Part shown: one piece after another, positions 46,370 through 61,600 of the stretch
How the letters are laid out: every line of letters starts with the position of its first letter
Position numbering within the stretch: the first letter of the stretch is position 1
NCBI GenBank assembly: GCA_030390025.1
Contig: CM059437.1
Location: 76,260,001-76,324,000 of the forward strand
Reading direction: 5' to 3'
DNA from: Squalus acanthias
Lineage: Eukaryota
DNA length: 64,000 nucleotides
Made by a program: the position numbers and the translations under genes
The notes under the pieces: generated by a model
What the model was told of the DNA's origin: nothing
What the model saw: only the letters and a program-made list of their open reading frames with translations
Database searches by the model: none

Positions 46370-49300
46370 TCAGCAGCTATCGTGTACATGCCCGATCTTC
46401 CATTTGTACAGGCTTAGGAGCAGGACCCCCAAAAAAGCTAGCAGTGGAGTAGCCAAAAGCATTACTCTTGATTCTCTGTTTAAAAAAAAAAGGTTGTCAG
46501 TCGTCAAGAATTACTCAATCAAATGTATCTACCATAAGAAATCTCAGTAATATACATGGGAACATTGAAGTCAGTGTTGGGGGTAGAGTGGTAAAGAATT
46601 ACCTAAATTAACAGCTAGCAATCAATTACTATATGCTGTGAACAAGGTTATTTTAGGCCAAGAATCTGTATAGGATCCAACACGATAAGAATTTAAAAAT
46701 TCTACAAGTACAATTGAAGCAGTTGTCAATTTAATCTGATCAAATAGGCTTCTGTTACATTAGTCAGATTTTAGCCAATGGTCTGGATACTTCCACTGTT
46801 GTTAGGAGTAATTAATGTCAACAAATTGGATAAGTCCCATTAGTTTAGAGTAAGAAATGGCTTGTCCCTGACTGGGTGTTTTATAGCCCTGCAAGGCAGG
46901 CATTAGCCATGTTAGGAACAATCTTTCACAGTATCCTCATTTGAAGTACATTGCCAATTTACCTCTTTGAATCATGGCTGAAGTTCTGGATCCAGACTGG
47001 GCACTGTGCACTCTCAATGGACCAACTTTAATTATGTGACTAATACCAGTTTTTGATTCTAAAAAAGGAATTTAAAAAGTTAGCACACAAGTTCTAGAAT
47101 ACTGTACATTCAGCTATAGTTAATGGAATAGTACCTTGGGCTCGTTTATGGCGAGATTGGATCGGCTGGCAGATTGAGTTACAGCAGTCACACAGGGAAC
47201 TTTGTAATGGGGCATCCAAGAGCTGCCAACTAAACAGAATTATACAAGTAACAAACATTCTACTAGAGGGGATTTATATAAATCTAAGAAATGGGACCTC
47301 CATTGATTAGAAGTACGAGGAAATGTCTTCCCATGATTCTTCTAGACAATAAGCATGTCTGGAAGTTCAGTAGTTTTTGTTCATTCTCTTAATCAGCTCT
47401 ACATTTGTTTCACCATTTAAGAATGCATGTAGATTATTCATAGTACCAAGTGAATATTCTCTATTCAACTTAAGGTGGTGCAATAATTTCAGGCTTGCCA
47501 GGCACTCATTGGGTGGGGGGGGGGGGGGGGGGGGGGGAGGGGTTTAAGAAAGAGGGATAAAATAAGCCTAGTTAAATGCAATAGGTTTTACTCCAGCTAT
47601 TGTTCTAGAAAGGCACTCAAGACACCACATTACATTTTAAAGTGATCTTTTCTTCATCTGCCCATTCATCTACAGGGCCCACTAATCATTCAAGCTTTAA
47701 TGCTGGCCAAAAAAGCCTGCTCAAAAAAAAGGCACAAAACATCTAAGGACACTTTTGCTACTCACCTTTCAGTTTGCTGGTCAAAAGAACATGCTTTGTG
47801 TAAAAGACTTGCATCCCAATTAGGGTCCCATACCAAAGCTTTACAGTGTATATAAATCTGTAGAAAGTGAATATTGTGCATCATTAAGTGCAGTCTATGT
47901 CAATACACATCTCTTGCATAATGTACAATATGGTTCCAAGTAAAACTCATCTTCAAAGCGGATATCTATGACCTAGTTGTTTTGACTTGGCTTATTAGGG
48001 TCAGTTTATGGCTGACTTGAAGGATCCTATCTGGCATTTTATTCTAAAATCTAAATTGCAAGGAATGACTACAAATGCCACATTAAAAATCCAGATAATT
48101 TGCTCAATTTCAGTGGGGTGATTTAACAGTAGTCAAATCTAGCTTAATCTCAAGGTAGATGGCAATTGTGCCTTTTGGTACAATAGTATTAAGAACAAGC
48201 CCACAGAATGGCTGCCAACAAGTCAGTCCATTTGAACTAGCAAAAGTTGAAGCTACATTGGAAGTGATAAGGCACCAAAAAATCTTTGCAAACAACTGTA
48301 TGGAGTTACGTTACAGATCAGCTATGCCCTTATTGAAGTGGAACAGGCTGGAGGGGCTAAATAGCCTACTCCAGTTTCTAATCCAGTTAGTAGTAAAGCA
48401 AGTGGCAGAAGTCTCTTAAAATGGACAGTACCTTTAATTTTGACAGTTTCAGTTTTAATAGTGAACTAAGCTGATCAACTATGCTCAAAGGACTTCAATG
48501 AGAATTGCATGTATTTTGAGAATTGCATGTATGAGTTTCACATTTATGGTGCATAGAGGACAGCAACTCAGCATTAGATTAAAAGCTTGCTTTAGTGCAT
48601 CTTTAATCATGCATCAAGTTTTCCAAACTTACATCAGTTTCCTCCAGACCGATGAATTTAAATGCCTGCACAACAAACTGAAGGTGTGACCCATCACTTC
48701 TGGGCAAGTACTTGGAATTTCCAGTTTGCCCATCAACAAGACATCTATAGGAACAGGAAAAAAAAAAGTTTAACCCACAACCAAGTTACTAATTTGCAAA
48801 ATATCACTATCCTGTCAGCCTCATACCCATAGTTGTTTACGATGGTATAATTCTCTGGAGATTTGTCCAGTGAGCTTGTCGGGGTGGCGATACATTCTTC
48901 CATATAGAGGCGGAGGTCCTGGTGATATGTGGCAATGACAGAGGCTTCTAGGTTAATGGAAGCGCCCAGGAAGAACACAGAATCTGGCCTTTCAGCAGTC
49001 CAATCATCTGCAGCAGGAAGTGGCATACATTACTCCAATAGTCCACAATTGTCTATAGGCAAGTATGAATGCTCACCCTTTTGCTTTAGCAACAAAACCA
49101 TCAACATCTAGACTAAGAGGGGTCTGGCTATCAGAGAAAGCAGTTACCATAGTGTACTTGAACTACATAAACCACTTCCTTGGAGATCAAATCAGCCTAT
49201 ACTGCAGGGATGCAGGTCTTTCCACTAGTGGGGAATGAAGTCAGTGAACCTGCAAGGAGTTTAAAAATCAACACATCTATTCATAATTCAAATATCAGGC

Positions 49301-51428
49301 TACTAATGCAGCATGAATTGGGATCAATGCTGTGGAAGAGATGCAAGTACTGGAAAACACATAAATCCTGGGTATATATTAAAGGGGTTGTCATAACCAC
49401 CACACCACTGCAAAGTGATTGCTGACTTGCAACACAAGTGTCAGCACCATTGGGTCCAAACCAGACTAGAGCAGAGCAATTTGAAATGCCTTCAGGAAGG
49501 AACCATCACACAGCTTGGGCTCATTGCCACATGGAGTACTTCAAGGTGATGCACGATTTGCTCATTGAGATCCCCTGGATAGTCAAAAAGACTTCAAAAT
49601 ATACCCCCATGCAGCTTTTTCAGTAGGAAGAATTAGGTGTGCAGCCATGAGTAGCTCACAGTACAACTAGTTCTGCCAATTGTACACAACTTCTTGCAAC
49701 TACTGGTAGGGTAATTTAACTATAGCCTGGCAATTAGGGTCATCAACTCTGGTTGGCTGTATTCCTGGATGCATCACCACACGAGCTCCTGTCTCCACTA
49801 TTGGTCACCCAACATGTCCATACTCAGTGCTCTAGCCCCACATCAGTTGCAAAGCAACTAGACCATTATCTGATTGGATGATTCTTGACTGTCAAACAGC
49901 ACCAATATTTTTAGAACTAGTAAACAAAATGGTCAATGATTTTAAAAACATTTAACACCTCTAGGATTTTTCCATGCAGCAATGTCCTGGAGATATGAGT
50001 CATTAATTCCTGGAGACTCCAGAGCAATCTTGAGGGTTGGTAACCCACGAGATAAAATTCAATTTGGAATTAGACACCAGTTTGGTTACTATGTGCAGTA
50101 CCTCACTGTTCACCCATCATAGCATTGGTGTTTAAAGATTAAGCCATCATCCAACTTTAGAAAGCAAGACATTGATACTATACACAAGACCAACTTCCTG
50201 TGTACTCAAGGCAAGGGGTGGAAGAAAAGTAGTTCTCACTACATTTACCATGCACAGGCAAGAAACTCACTCCACAGCATGTCTTCTACCTCCCCTAACA
50301 CCACAAAACACACCACTCGTTATAGAAAAGTATCTCACCAGTCATTATTTTCATGGAAAAGACCAAGCTGCCATCTCCAGCCAGAAACCCAGTTACCGGA
50401 AATGCTGTTGAGGGTACAGGTACTTCATCCCTAGAGAAAGAACAGGGACATTAACTGATGTGTCCAAATTCAGCCCGAGTGCTGGCCACAGGCCAAGAGG
50501 TGGCTATTTTAAACTTGACTTTCAGCCAATGTGGGGTCAGGAGAAGCCAACAGCCACAAAGCAACTGGCCAAATACAGCAATTAAATAGACTCAAGTGTC
50601 TGGACATTTTGTCTCATTACTCCAGACTTATTACAAAAGCAAAATACTGCAGATGCTGGAAATCTGAAATAAAACAAGAGATGCGGGAAACACTCCTTGA
50701 CCTGAAACGTTAAATGTTTCTCTCTCCATTGATGCTGCCGGACCTGAGTATTTCCAGCATTTTCCAGACGAGTGGTGTTAAAAACCAGCCAATAATATAC
50801 ACAAACTATGGAACCTACGAGGAGGCCACAGAGCAAGTTAGTAGTGACATTAAGGTTTACTGTGCCAAGTGAGAGATCCCCAGGCTGGGGTTGGATCTTA
50901 CACTGGATAGCGACATTCCAGGCGAGTGCTGAGCTGCTCCATCCCAGAGGCTGGGCTGGCTTCATACTTCAGGTAGTTCCAGTAAACCATCTCCTTATCG
51001 GTCACCTGAGAGGGGTAACAAAAAGGGAGGGTCAGAACTCCAGCCTGGAGTTAGGACAACAGCCCGAGCGGGCGGTAGAGCCTCTCACACCCACCAGTCG
51101 GCCAGCCCGGCAATCCTGTAGTTCATACTGGAAGGAGAGGACTCGGGGGGAGCTGAAGCCTGAAGCAGGGCAGTTTCCCAGCCGGAAAGCCGAGGCCTCA
51201 ACGCCAGCGAAGAAATCCATCGATACAAACACAGTCAGGGTAGAGTTGCCGCAGGAGTGAGCGATGCCATGTTGAAGAACTGAAATAGAAAGAAAGTTAG
51301 AGCTGGAGAGGAGAGAAATGCATCAATTCAGAGCTACCGACCGTAAAAAAAATACAAATAAAACCTGTTTGTTGCTCTCCCACCACAACAACCACCAAGA
51401 ACAGCACTAAACTCCCGAGACAAATCAT
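46370..51428 (-). CDS. ZP3: ZP3-like copy 3: exons 1-9 appear intact; last exon either stops early (TAA 46462-46464, no TM) or uses a shifted acceptor (TGA 46370-46372)
   Basis: ATG at 51428 and same exon structure as copy 1; no frameshift seen in exons 1-9; 1-nt and 3-nt deletions in exon 10. Confidence 0.85.
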
Positions 51429-52729
51429 TTTAGAGCAGGCTACTGACTGCAGGAAAGGGGGCCGAGAGCTGTTTTATAACGAGCCCCATTAACACTCTGA
51501 CACCTGCTCATTCAAGGTCATTTAAATTCCTGAGCCAAACCATCACTCGGACACTTGATCCAATTTACAGGCCCATTAAAAATCTGGAGAATGTGTGGTG
51601 ATCACTCAGGAAAGCAACAAGGATTTAGCAACAGCGAGGGAAGGAGAAACACGTGGCGATTCACCGTCAGTTTTTTTTCACTCAGCAAGGCTGAGGGGTT
51701 TATTCATTACCATGGGCTAGAAATTCGGTGCATTTGCACCTCTCGGGGCACAAACGACTTCTTGCGCAGGCGCGGCGCTGCTAACGACTCCCGCTAAATT
51801 CAGCGGGAGTTTAGTGGTGGCGGTAACCGGTAGCGCCCCACTCCGTTGCGCAGGCGATGAGGACGTCATCAACGTGCGCAGCGCCCCGCCTGCAAAATTG
51901 GCCGTGCCCCCTGAATCTGCGCCAGGCGATGACAGCGACCGATTCAGGGGGCGGGAACGGAGCGGCAGGAGGCTCGCGGGTCGGTAAGTAAAGGGGAGGT
52001 GGTGGGTGGGGGGAAAAAAATCATCCGACTTACTTGTCGCGGCCCGTTGCCTCTTTGAACGCGGAGTCCATGCCGCGATCTGGCAGCCTCTGATGCTGGC
52101 ACGGCACCCCGCTCCCCAGTGGTCCAGGTAGGGCCCTGCAGAGTTGTGGGCTTGGGCCCTCCCCTTTAATGAGGGGAGGAGCCCTTCCATGCGGCAGTGC
52201 TACGTGGCCCAGTGCATAGTGCTGCAGAACACACCGCCCCGATATTCAGCGTTAGCGCTCTAAGAAGGAAGTGGAGCTCTTAAATTAGCGCTCCACCTCC
52301 CTCTTGGGGTGCTAAAACTGAAGTTACCGGTCGCTAATGAATTTTTCCCCCCGTGTGTATTATCAGGGCTGGCGTTAGGGAAAATGGCTTGGGTGAACTT
52401 GTATTTTGGCGCCTTTCTTTGAGATTAAGTATGTAGTAGTATTAGCAAAAGTTTCAGAAATAAAGCTGTAATCTCAAAAGTTTTTTTATAATTTAAATGA
52501 TATAAAGCATAAAAAATAACATTATAGCTAAGTGACAATTAAACTAAACATTAAATTAAACACTAAATTAAATAACAATAACAAATTAAAAAAACTTTGT
52601 TCATCAAGATATTTTGAACCACATCATTCTGGACAGACAGGATGGCCAGCAAAGATAGCCTGTTGTCTCCCATGGTCGATCGCAATATGTTTTTATGAGC
52701 TTCAATTTCAAGAAGCTCCGTTCGCTGCT

Positions 52730-52959
52730 CGCCACCGATACGGGCATGGTTAACAGGATCCTGGGTGCCATCCGTCGCCACCGATACGGGCATGGTTAAC
52801 AGGATCCTGAGTGCCATCCGTCGCCACCGATACGGGCATGGTTAACAGGATCCTGAGTGCCATCCGTCGCCACCGATACGGGCATGGTTAACAGGACCCT
52901 GAGTGCCATCCATCGCCACCGATACGGGCATGGTTAACAGGATCCTGAGTGCCATCCAT
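52730..52959. repeat. 46-bp minisatellite, 5 copies
   Basis: Same unit as 27262-27629. Confidence 0.97.
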
Positions 52960-55057
52960 GTGTGTGGGAACTTGCTCTTGGAACTTGAAGTTTGCTCTTC
53001 TTGTGCAGCACTACAGTCTGTTGGAAGCAGACTTTGGAGATTGCCAAGTTCTTGTCAGAGAGCGACGTCGTTAATGTCAAACCCTCTTGACCACGTTGCC
53101 ACCCCTGACCATGGTGCCCTGGGCGGGTGCCCACCTGTAAGGCCGGCCCTATATAGTGTTACAAAAGCAGCCCAGAACTATTCAACCTGGAATTTACAGA
53201 AACTTGCAGTACAATAATTGCCACAATTCTGTGCCCCAGTGTGTGCCCTGTATTGAGGCCTCAGCTTTACACACTATTAATGACATGCATTAAAGAATAG
53301 AGAGTTGTATATCAAAGTTAGGAGGGACAGCAAGTTACATAGATGGAGCAGGAAGTTAAAAGGTCATACACAGATTAAGTGACCAGGCAAAACTCTGGCT
53401 AATAGAGTTCAGTGTGGAAAGGTGGGAGGTCATCCACTTTAGATCCAAGAAAGACAAATCACAAGTATTTTCTTTATAATGAGAAATTAGGAACTCTGCA
53501 GGAGCAAAGATTTGGGTGTTTATGTAAACAATCACTAAAAGCTAATGGACAGGTACAAAAAGTAATCAGAAAGGCTACTGGAATATTGACCTGTATCTCA
53601 AGGGGGCTGAAATACAAAGGGGAAGAGGTTATTCTGTTGTCAAAGAAGCTTGGGCAGAGCCCATCTAGAGTACTGCATTCTGTTCTGGGTACCACACTTC
53701 AGGCAGGATAGATTGACTGCTGAGGGGGGTACAGTGCCAATTTACCAGAATGATACCAAGGTTTAAATAACAGGTTTCACAAACATAGCTTGCATTCCCT
53801 TTAAAAAAGATTGAGGGGTGATCTAATTGAGGTGTTTAAAATGACAAAAGGATTTGTTAGGGTAGATAGAGAAACTTCCTTTTTAGGGGCAATCTAGAAC
53901 AAGGCTGCAGCAGGTGACATCAGCAACAGCTCCCAGTCCACCATTGTATCGGTAGGTCACCAAGGTTCTCCACACCAAGAACACTTGCATCTTTCCCAAT
54001 GGACTGGTTTCCACAGGGTACCAGGTGCCATAGACTGCACTCACATTGCCTTTTGTGCACCCCATCACCATCCTGGCATCTGATTAGAAAGGGATTCCAT
54101 TCCCCTCAGCCAGCTTGTTTGTGCCCACAGGCAGCCTTCATACAGTTCTGCCTAGTTTCCTCTCAGCAGTCACTGTTCATTCATCCTCTGCCAGTTCCAT
54201 GGGCTTTATTCCAACCAGGCCATCAGGTTACAGGCTGGCCACTGGGTCAGGTTACTGGGCAGCAACAACTATCCCCTTCAGACTTGACTCAAGATTGCGG
54301 TCATGAATCGAAGCACAGCTGGCCTACAACAAAAGTCTATTTAAATGTTGCCCATTGGTCAGGGATGGGGTGTCAGCCTGGCTCAGTTGGTAATGTGCTC
54401 ACCTCAGTCAAAAGGTCATGGCTTCAAGCCACCACTTCGAGTGCAGTACTGAGTGTAATCTTATGCTAGTGAACGGAGACCCTGTCTGCCTGTTTAAGTG
54501 GTCATAAAAGATCCAATGGCACTATACAAAAGGAATGGGGGACTGTGCCTGGTCAACATTTGTCCCTTAACTCACACCAACCAAATTAACTGGTCATTAC
54601 TCCAATTACTTTTTGTTGGAGTTTGGCTGCCACTTTGCTTACATAACTACACTTAAATAATTCATTGGCTGTGAAATCCAGAGAATGAAAATGCCAGTTC
54701 TTACTTACGAATTACCCTTTCTCTCCTCTTTTCTTCCCCCACCCAATTAGTGTAGGGGCAGGAGTCATAGCTGAAAGGACTGACCAGAAAGGGATGCAAG
54801 AGTAGGTTAACTTGGAAATACTGGTGACTTTTGTTGCAACATTAGATTTGACATCTGCTTGCAGCAACTGGTTACATTTAAAATGTGCTTTTTCTAGGAG
54901 TGTGAGCATTAAATGCTCACATTTTTCTGTTAAAATTGGGATTAATTAAAATATAACTAGTATACAATATATAGACTAACTTATCTTGTGGCAGGTATGC
55001 AACTTCAGGTGAGGGCAGACAATGATGGGCACCAGAACTCTGCCAATTGCAAAATGG

Positions 55058-55325
55058 AGAAGTCTGCTTTCTTGCATCTCTGTAGATACTTGATGTCTGT
55101 CGATATGCGCGATCTTCTTGGAGATCCTCTCCACTTTGAGCCGGCAGTTTGTGGTGTCGATAGTGGCCATGATGCGGAGAGTTGCAAGAAAACAGATCTC
55201 CGCATCATGGTCACTATCGACACCACAAACTGCCGGCTCAAAGTGGAGAGGATCTCCAAGAAGATCGCGCATAGCGACACAGACATCAAGTATCTACAGA
55301 GATGCAAGAAAGCAGATCTCTGCAT
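55058..55325. mobile_element. Second copy of the 268-bp palindromic insertion (unit 4)
   Basis: Same site and TSD (55044-55057 and 55326-55339) as in unit 2. Confidence 0.85.
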
Positions 55326-58300
55326 CAATTGCAAAATGGCCAGCAGAGGGTGTCTGAGCAACGCATTTTCCTTCTGTAAATTACCTCAATAGGTGAAGGG
55401 AAGAGAAAAGTTAGAGCCCTTTCCACACCACTCAGATGGATGAAATTGCCAATTTTGTAACAAATGTATGAAAAGGACAGAAATCAGCCCCATTAAGCCA
55501 CCTCAATGTTATCACATCCATAACTATGCCGTCTCCTGGACTGGGCAAATTAAGCCCCCCTATCTGCCAACTCAGGAAAAGCAGAAATACCTTTGACAAC
55601 TTAAGGGGGGGAAAAAAAGGGAGTGGAGTAAAACTCCAGGAATATGCAGTGGCCCATGATCTCAAATCACAACTAACTATCAACTTACCTTCTACAAATC
55701 AAAATGTCCCTTTGTCAGGAACTAGTTAAATTCCTTTTTTTAAAAAAAAAAACTGTAGAGACTCCTTACCCACTAGATATTGAGCCTGTTTGAGGCTCTA
55801 AAAAGAAATCCTTCCTGACATTTAACCTAACTTTGGCTATGATTTTATATACATGCACACCCAGCTCAGATCATCTATCCAACAGACGGAGTCCAATCCT
55901 ATCATTTTAAAGACCTCAAATCATTTGAGGAAAGTAGGTTGGGGTGGGGAGGAAAGTTACCTAAAGGCACGAAAAGGGGTGGGTGGGTCTCCTGGTTCAA
56001 AAAGGAGAACCAAGGGCAGTTTGGATTCCATTCTGGTGCTACCCTTCCCCACAAGGCTGCTTGACCCTACTCCCAATATTGCCAGATCCCAGCAATCCCC
56101 AATACGGCCAGACTGTTCCCCTTAAGACTTCTCCCTAGACTGCCTCCACTCCCAGATCCTAGGACCCCCCTCCCATCTCCATCTTTTGATCTAGACTGCA
56201 TTCCTACTGCTTCCAATCCCAGAACCACCCCTAATGTTCAGAGATATCCCTCCAGTGTTGCCTGATCCCAAGACCCCTTTACGAATGATTGGATTTCAGG
56301 ATGTTCCCAAACCCTGCCCCTCAAAATACTGCAATACTAGAGACCACCATCCCAATGCTCCTAGAATCCAAGGCCACCCCCAATGCATATAGTGTCACTG
56401 GTAATACTACTTAGCATAACAGCCCTATTTTGACCTTCAACAGTGCTAGAGCAGATCTGAGTGTATAGATGTTGCCCCCCAAAAAAAGTCAAAACCTACC
56501 ACATGTCCTTTTTAAACAAAGTACATATTTCTGTTGCTGCCCGTGACTCGACCAATTTAGTGCAAAGGTCAACTTTATGGTGGAATTGCTCTCCTAAAAA
56601 GTACACATTTCTGCAGTTGAACATGGAGCTTTAAATTCACATTATAGGGACCCTGGAACTTTGAGAAGGTGCTATTGGCATTCAGTTGAAATTAGACCAT
56701 CTCACCTTTTACTCGGTGTACTGAAACTGCAGATTAGTGTTAAACCCATCATATGAAAATGTTGCACTGATGCAGTCAATTATTCTTACTAGTTGTCTGC
56801 TATATTTTGGGTTGGTGTTCAGAAGGGACCTTCATTTTCCAAGTGGGAGAAGGCATATGCAGAAAAATTGGTATAAATGCCAGTCAAAGGCCACATCTTT
56901 CAGTGCAAAGCATTCAGGATGGCAGCACTCACCTGAATTAATGAATCAGCTGGCTTCAACCAACCATTTTCATAAATATTTCATCTAATGAAAAGGATTT
57001 AGGCCTCATAACTGAGTGAGTTTACACTTTACGTACCAAGTGGGTAGTTCACCAACTTTGTGCTTTTACAAATGATATTCAATAGTGTGGAGAATTAGAA
57101 AGGATTGCAAAATCACAAGTATTGCTGTAAATTATTGGCTGATTGCTACATATTTCTGCCAAGCAATATCAAAAATCACCTTCATTCACCATCAAATGTC
57201 ACCAAACCAGTTAATTTGTTTCTCAAACCAAGAAATCTGGAACCAGCAACTTCCACAAAATGAACCAAAATTGCTCAAATAATTTCTGCAGTTTAAGCCA
57301 CCATTTTCTTCTACTTAGTCAGTATGTACAGCCAAACCGAACGTTTATAACAAGTGTAACAAAAATGCAATATTAACCAGGGTGTCCTGTTGAATATTAG
57401 ATCCGTGAAGCCAGTGTCTTTCAGCTTTAGCAAGATATATTTTCACCTCTGATGGAGTAAATTGTCCATTGCTGCAATACAGGCAATCAGCGCTAGATTG
57501 CAGTGAATATTAGAAGTCACAATGTCCTGGCTTACTCCTGAGCAATATCACAGGAAAGCCACTAGTAAACAGAAAGCATATCTTTAGTGGGCATCAAGCC
57601 TTTTTTGCATTGAGAGAGACTTGTGGCAGTGTTTCAGTGAGGAGATAAGCAAGATCGAGGCCCACATGGGGTCAGACAGGATTGTCATTATTACCAGAGA
57701 GCAGAGGCTACATTCAAGTTAATTTGTAGGTAGAGAGGCTGAATGGGCTACAGCACATTCTACTGTCACTGCATTAACTTGACTAAGAGGAGAGGTTTAC
57801 TAGACAAATTCATTGACAAAATGACAGCTTGCCATTCATATCTGGTGTTATACTAAAGAGATCACCTTTCATAAGATTGGAGCAGCATGTGATTTTGGCA
57901 TCAGTTAGCAGGGGGTTGCCCACTATTACAGTAGCATGATAGGTGGGGAAGAGTTATGTTTAATACAGGAGCCACTTACATACAAGGGGAGTGATACAAA
58001 CCCAGAGAATCTGAATCAGACAGACATCTACTACACTGTCAAAAATGCAGATTATAGACCAGCATGCAAGATACGCCATAAGCTGCAGCCCCAAAACTGG
58101 TTTGCTTTTGGAAATAGATTTTAAGCAGCTAGACATTGCTGAACGATTGATTAAAAAGGAACATTACAACCAAAGGTTAAAGCCAAATTACCCATTTCAC
58201 ATTGAAACCTCAGACAAAGCAATGTTAACATGCAAATAGCAATCCCAATTCTCTCCTGTACATTATATCCAACTGTGCCGAGGAACCAATCCAACTTTAC

Positions 58301-58687
58301 AAGTTGCAAAAAGTTTACAAACTCGACCCCTAGTAATGATGTTGCAAGCTGGCAGCAACTAAAAGCATTAGTGCAATACAAGAGCAGTTAGCTGCATTCC
58401 AGATGAACATGCTCATCAAGATCTACACAATTTAAATAACCAATTTGCTTGCCAAAAGGTGGTATAGCACTATTGTATTAAGGGCCCACAGTCACTACAT
58501 CAAGATAACCATCATGCAGTGTTGATTTAGGAGTACTGTACAGAACAAGCTCTTCCTAAAAATTCTGAGACCATGCACAAATCTGCAAAATGTAGCTTTA
58601 TTTGAGTCAATTACAACTGTTAGAAGTACATTTAACATCTAGGTTGGACAGCTTGCTTCAACTTTGGTAGTCCACCACCTTCAATGA

Positions 58688-61600
58688 TCAGCAGCTATCG
58701 TGTACATGCCCGATCTTCCATTTGTACAGGCTTAGGAGCAGGACCCCCAAAAAAGCTAGCAGTGGAGTAGCCAAAAGCATTACTCTTGATTCTCTGTTTA
58801 AAAAAAAAGGTTGTCAGTTGTCAAGAATTACTCAATCAAATGTATCTACCATAAGAAATCTCAGTAATATACATGGGAACATTGAAGTCAGTGTTGGGGG
58901 GGGGGGGGGTAGAGTGGTAAAGAATTACCTAAATTAACAGCTAGCAATCAATTACTATATGCTGTGAACAAGGTTATTTTAGGCCAAGAATCTATATAGG
59001 ATCCAACACGATAAGAATTTAAAAATTCTACAAGTACAATTGAAGCAGTTGTCAATTTAATCTGATCAAATAGGCTTCTGTTACATTAGTCAGATTTTAG
59101 CCAATGGTCTGGATACTTCCACTGTTAGGAGTAATTAATGTCAAATTGGATAAGTCCCATTAGTTTAGAGTAAGAAATGGCTTGTCCCTGACTGGATGTT
59201 TTATAGCCCTGCAAGGCAGGCATTAGCCATGTTAGGAACAATCTTTTACAGTATCCTCATTTGAAGTACATTGCCAATTTACCTCTTTGAATTGTGGCTG
59301 AAGTTCTGGATCCAGACTGGGCAATGTGCACTCTCAATGGACCAACTTTAATTATGTGACTAATACCAGTTTTTGATTCTAAAAAAGGAATTTAAAAAGT
59401 TAGCACACAAGTTCTAGAATACTGTACATTCAGCTATTTAGTTAATGGAATAGTACCTTGGGCTCGTTTATGGCGAGATTGGATAGGCTGGCAGATTGAG
59501 TTACAGCAGTCACACAGGGAACTTTGTAATGGGGCATCCAAGAGCTGCCAACTAAACAGAATTATACAAGTAACAAACATTCTACTAGAGGGGATTTATA
59601 TAAATCTAAGAAATGGGACCTCCATTGATTAGAAGTACTAGGAAATGTCTTCCTATGATTCTTCTAGACAATAAGCATGTCTGGAAGTTCAGTAGTTTTT
59701 GTTCATGCTCTTAATCAGCTCTACATTTGTTTCACCATTTAAGAATGCATGTAGATTATTCATATTACCAAGTGAATATTCTCTATTCAACTTAAGGTGG
59801 TGCAATAATTTCAGGCATGCCAGGCACTCATTGGGTGGGGGGGGGAAGGGGTTTAAGAAAGAGGGATAAAATAAGCCTAGTTAAATGCAATAGGTTTTAC
59901 TCCAGCTATTGTTCTAGAAAGGCACTCAAGACACCACATTAAATTTTAAAGTGATCTTTTCTTCATCTGCCCATTCATCTACAGGGCCCACTAATCATTC
60001 AAGCTTTAATGCTGGCCAAAAAAGCCTACTCAAAAACAAAGGCACAAAACATCTTTAAGGACACTTTTGCTACTCACCTTTCAGTTTGCTGGTCAAAAGA
60101 ACATGCTTTGTGTAAAAGACTTGCATCCCAATTAGGGTCCCATACCAAAGCTTTACAGTGTATATAAATCTGTAGAAAGTGAATATTGTGCATCATTAAG
60201 TGCAGTCTATGTCAATACACATCTCTTGCATAATGTACAGTATGGTTCCAAGTAAAACTCATCTTCAAAGCTGATATCTATGACCTAGTTGTTTTGACTT
60301 GGCTTATTAGGGTCAGTTTATGGCTGACTTGAAGGATCCTATCTGGCATTTTATTCTAAAATCTAAATTGCAAGGAATGACTACAAATGCCACATTAAAA
60401 ATACAGATAATTTGCTCAATTACAGTGGGGTGATTTAACAGTAGTCAAATCTAGCTTAATCTCAAGGTAGATGGCAATTGTGCCTTTTGGTACAATAGTA
60501 TTAAGAACAAGCCCACAGAATGGCTGCCAACAAGTCAGTCCATTTGAACTAGCAAAAGTTGAAGCTACATTGGAAGTGATAAGGCACCAAAAATCTTTGC
60601 AAACAACTGTATGGAGTTACGTTACAGATCAGCTATGCCCTTATTGAAGTGGAACAGGCTGGAGGGGCTAAATAGCCTACTCCAGTTTCTAATCCAGTTA
60701 GTAGTAAAGCAAGTGGCAGAAGTCTCTTAAAATGGACAGTACCTTTAATTGAGAGAGTTTCAGTTTTAATAGTGAACTAAGCTGATCAACTATGCTCAAA
60801 GGACTTCAATGAGAATTGCATGTATTTTGAGAATTGCATGTATGAGTTTCACATTTATGGTGCATAGTGGACAGCAACTCAGCATTAGATTAAAAGCTTG
60901 CATAGTGTATCTTTAATCATGCATCAAGTTTTCCAAACTTACATCAGTTTCCTCCAGACCGATGAATTTAAATGCCTGCACAACAAACTGAAGGTGTGAC
61001 CCATCACTTCTGGGCAAGTACTTGGAATTTCCAGTTTGCCCATCAACAAGACATCTATAGGAACAGGAAAAAAAAAGTTTAACCCACAACCAAGTTACTA
61101 ATTTGCAAAATATCACTATCCTGTCAGCCTCATACCCATAGTTGTTTACGATGGTATAATTCTCTGGAGATTTGTCCAGTGAGCTGGTCGGGGTGGCGAT
61201 ACATTCTTCCATATAGAGGCGGAGGTCCTGGTGACATGTGGCAATGACAGAGGCTTCTAGGTTAATGGAAGCGCCCAGGAAGAACACAGAATCTGGCCTT
61301 TCAGCAGTCCAATCATCTGCAGCAGGAAGTGGCATACATTATTCCAACAGTCCACAATTGTCTATAGTCAAGTATGAATGCTCACCCTTTTGCTTTAGCA
61401 ACAAAACCATCAACATCTATACTAAGCAAGAGGGGTCTGGCTATCAGAGAAAGCAGTTATCATAATGTACTTGAACTACATAAACCACTTCCTTGGAGAT
61501 CAAATCAGCCTATACTGCAGGGATGCAGGTCTTTCCACTAGTGGGGAATGAAGTCAGTGAACCTGCAAGGAGTTTAAAAATCAACACATCTATTCATAAT

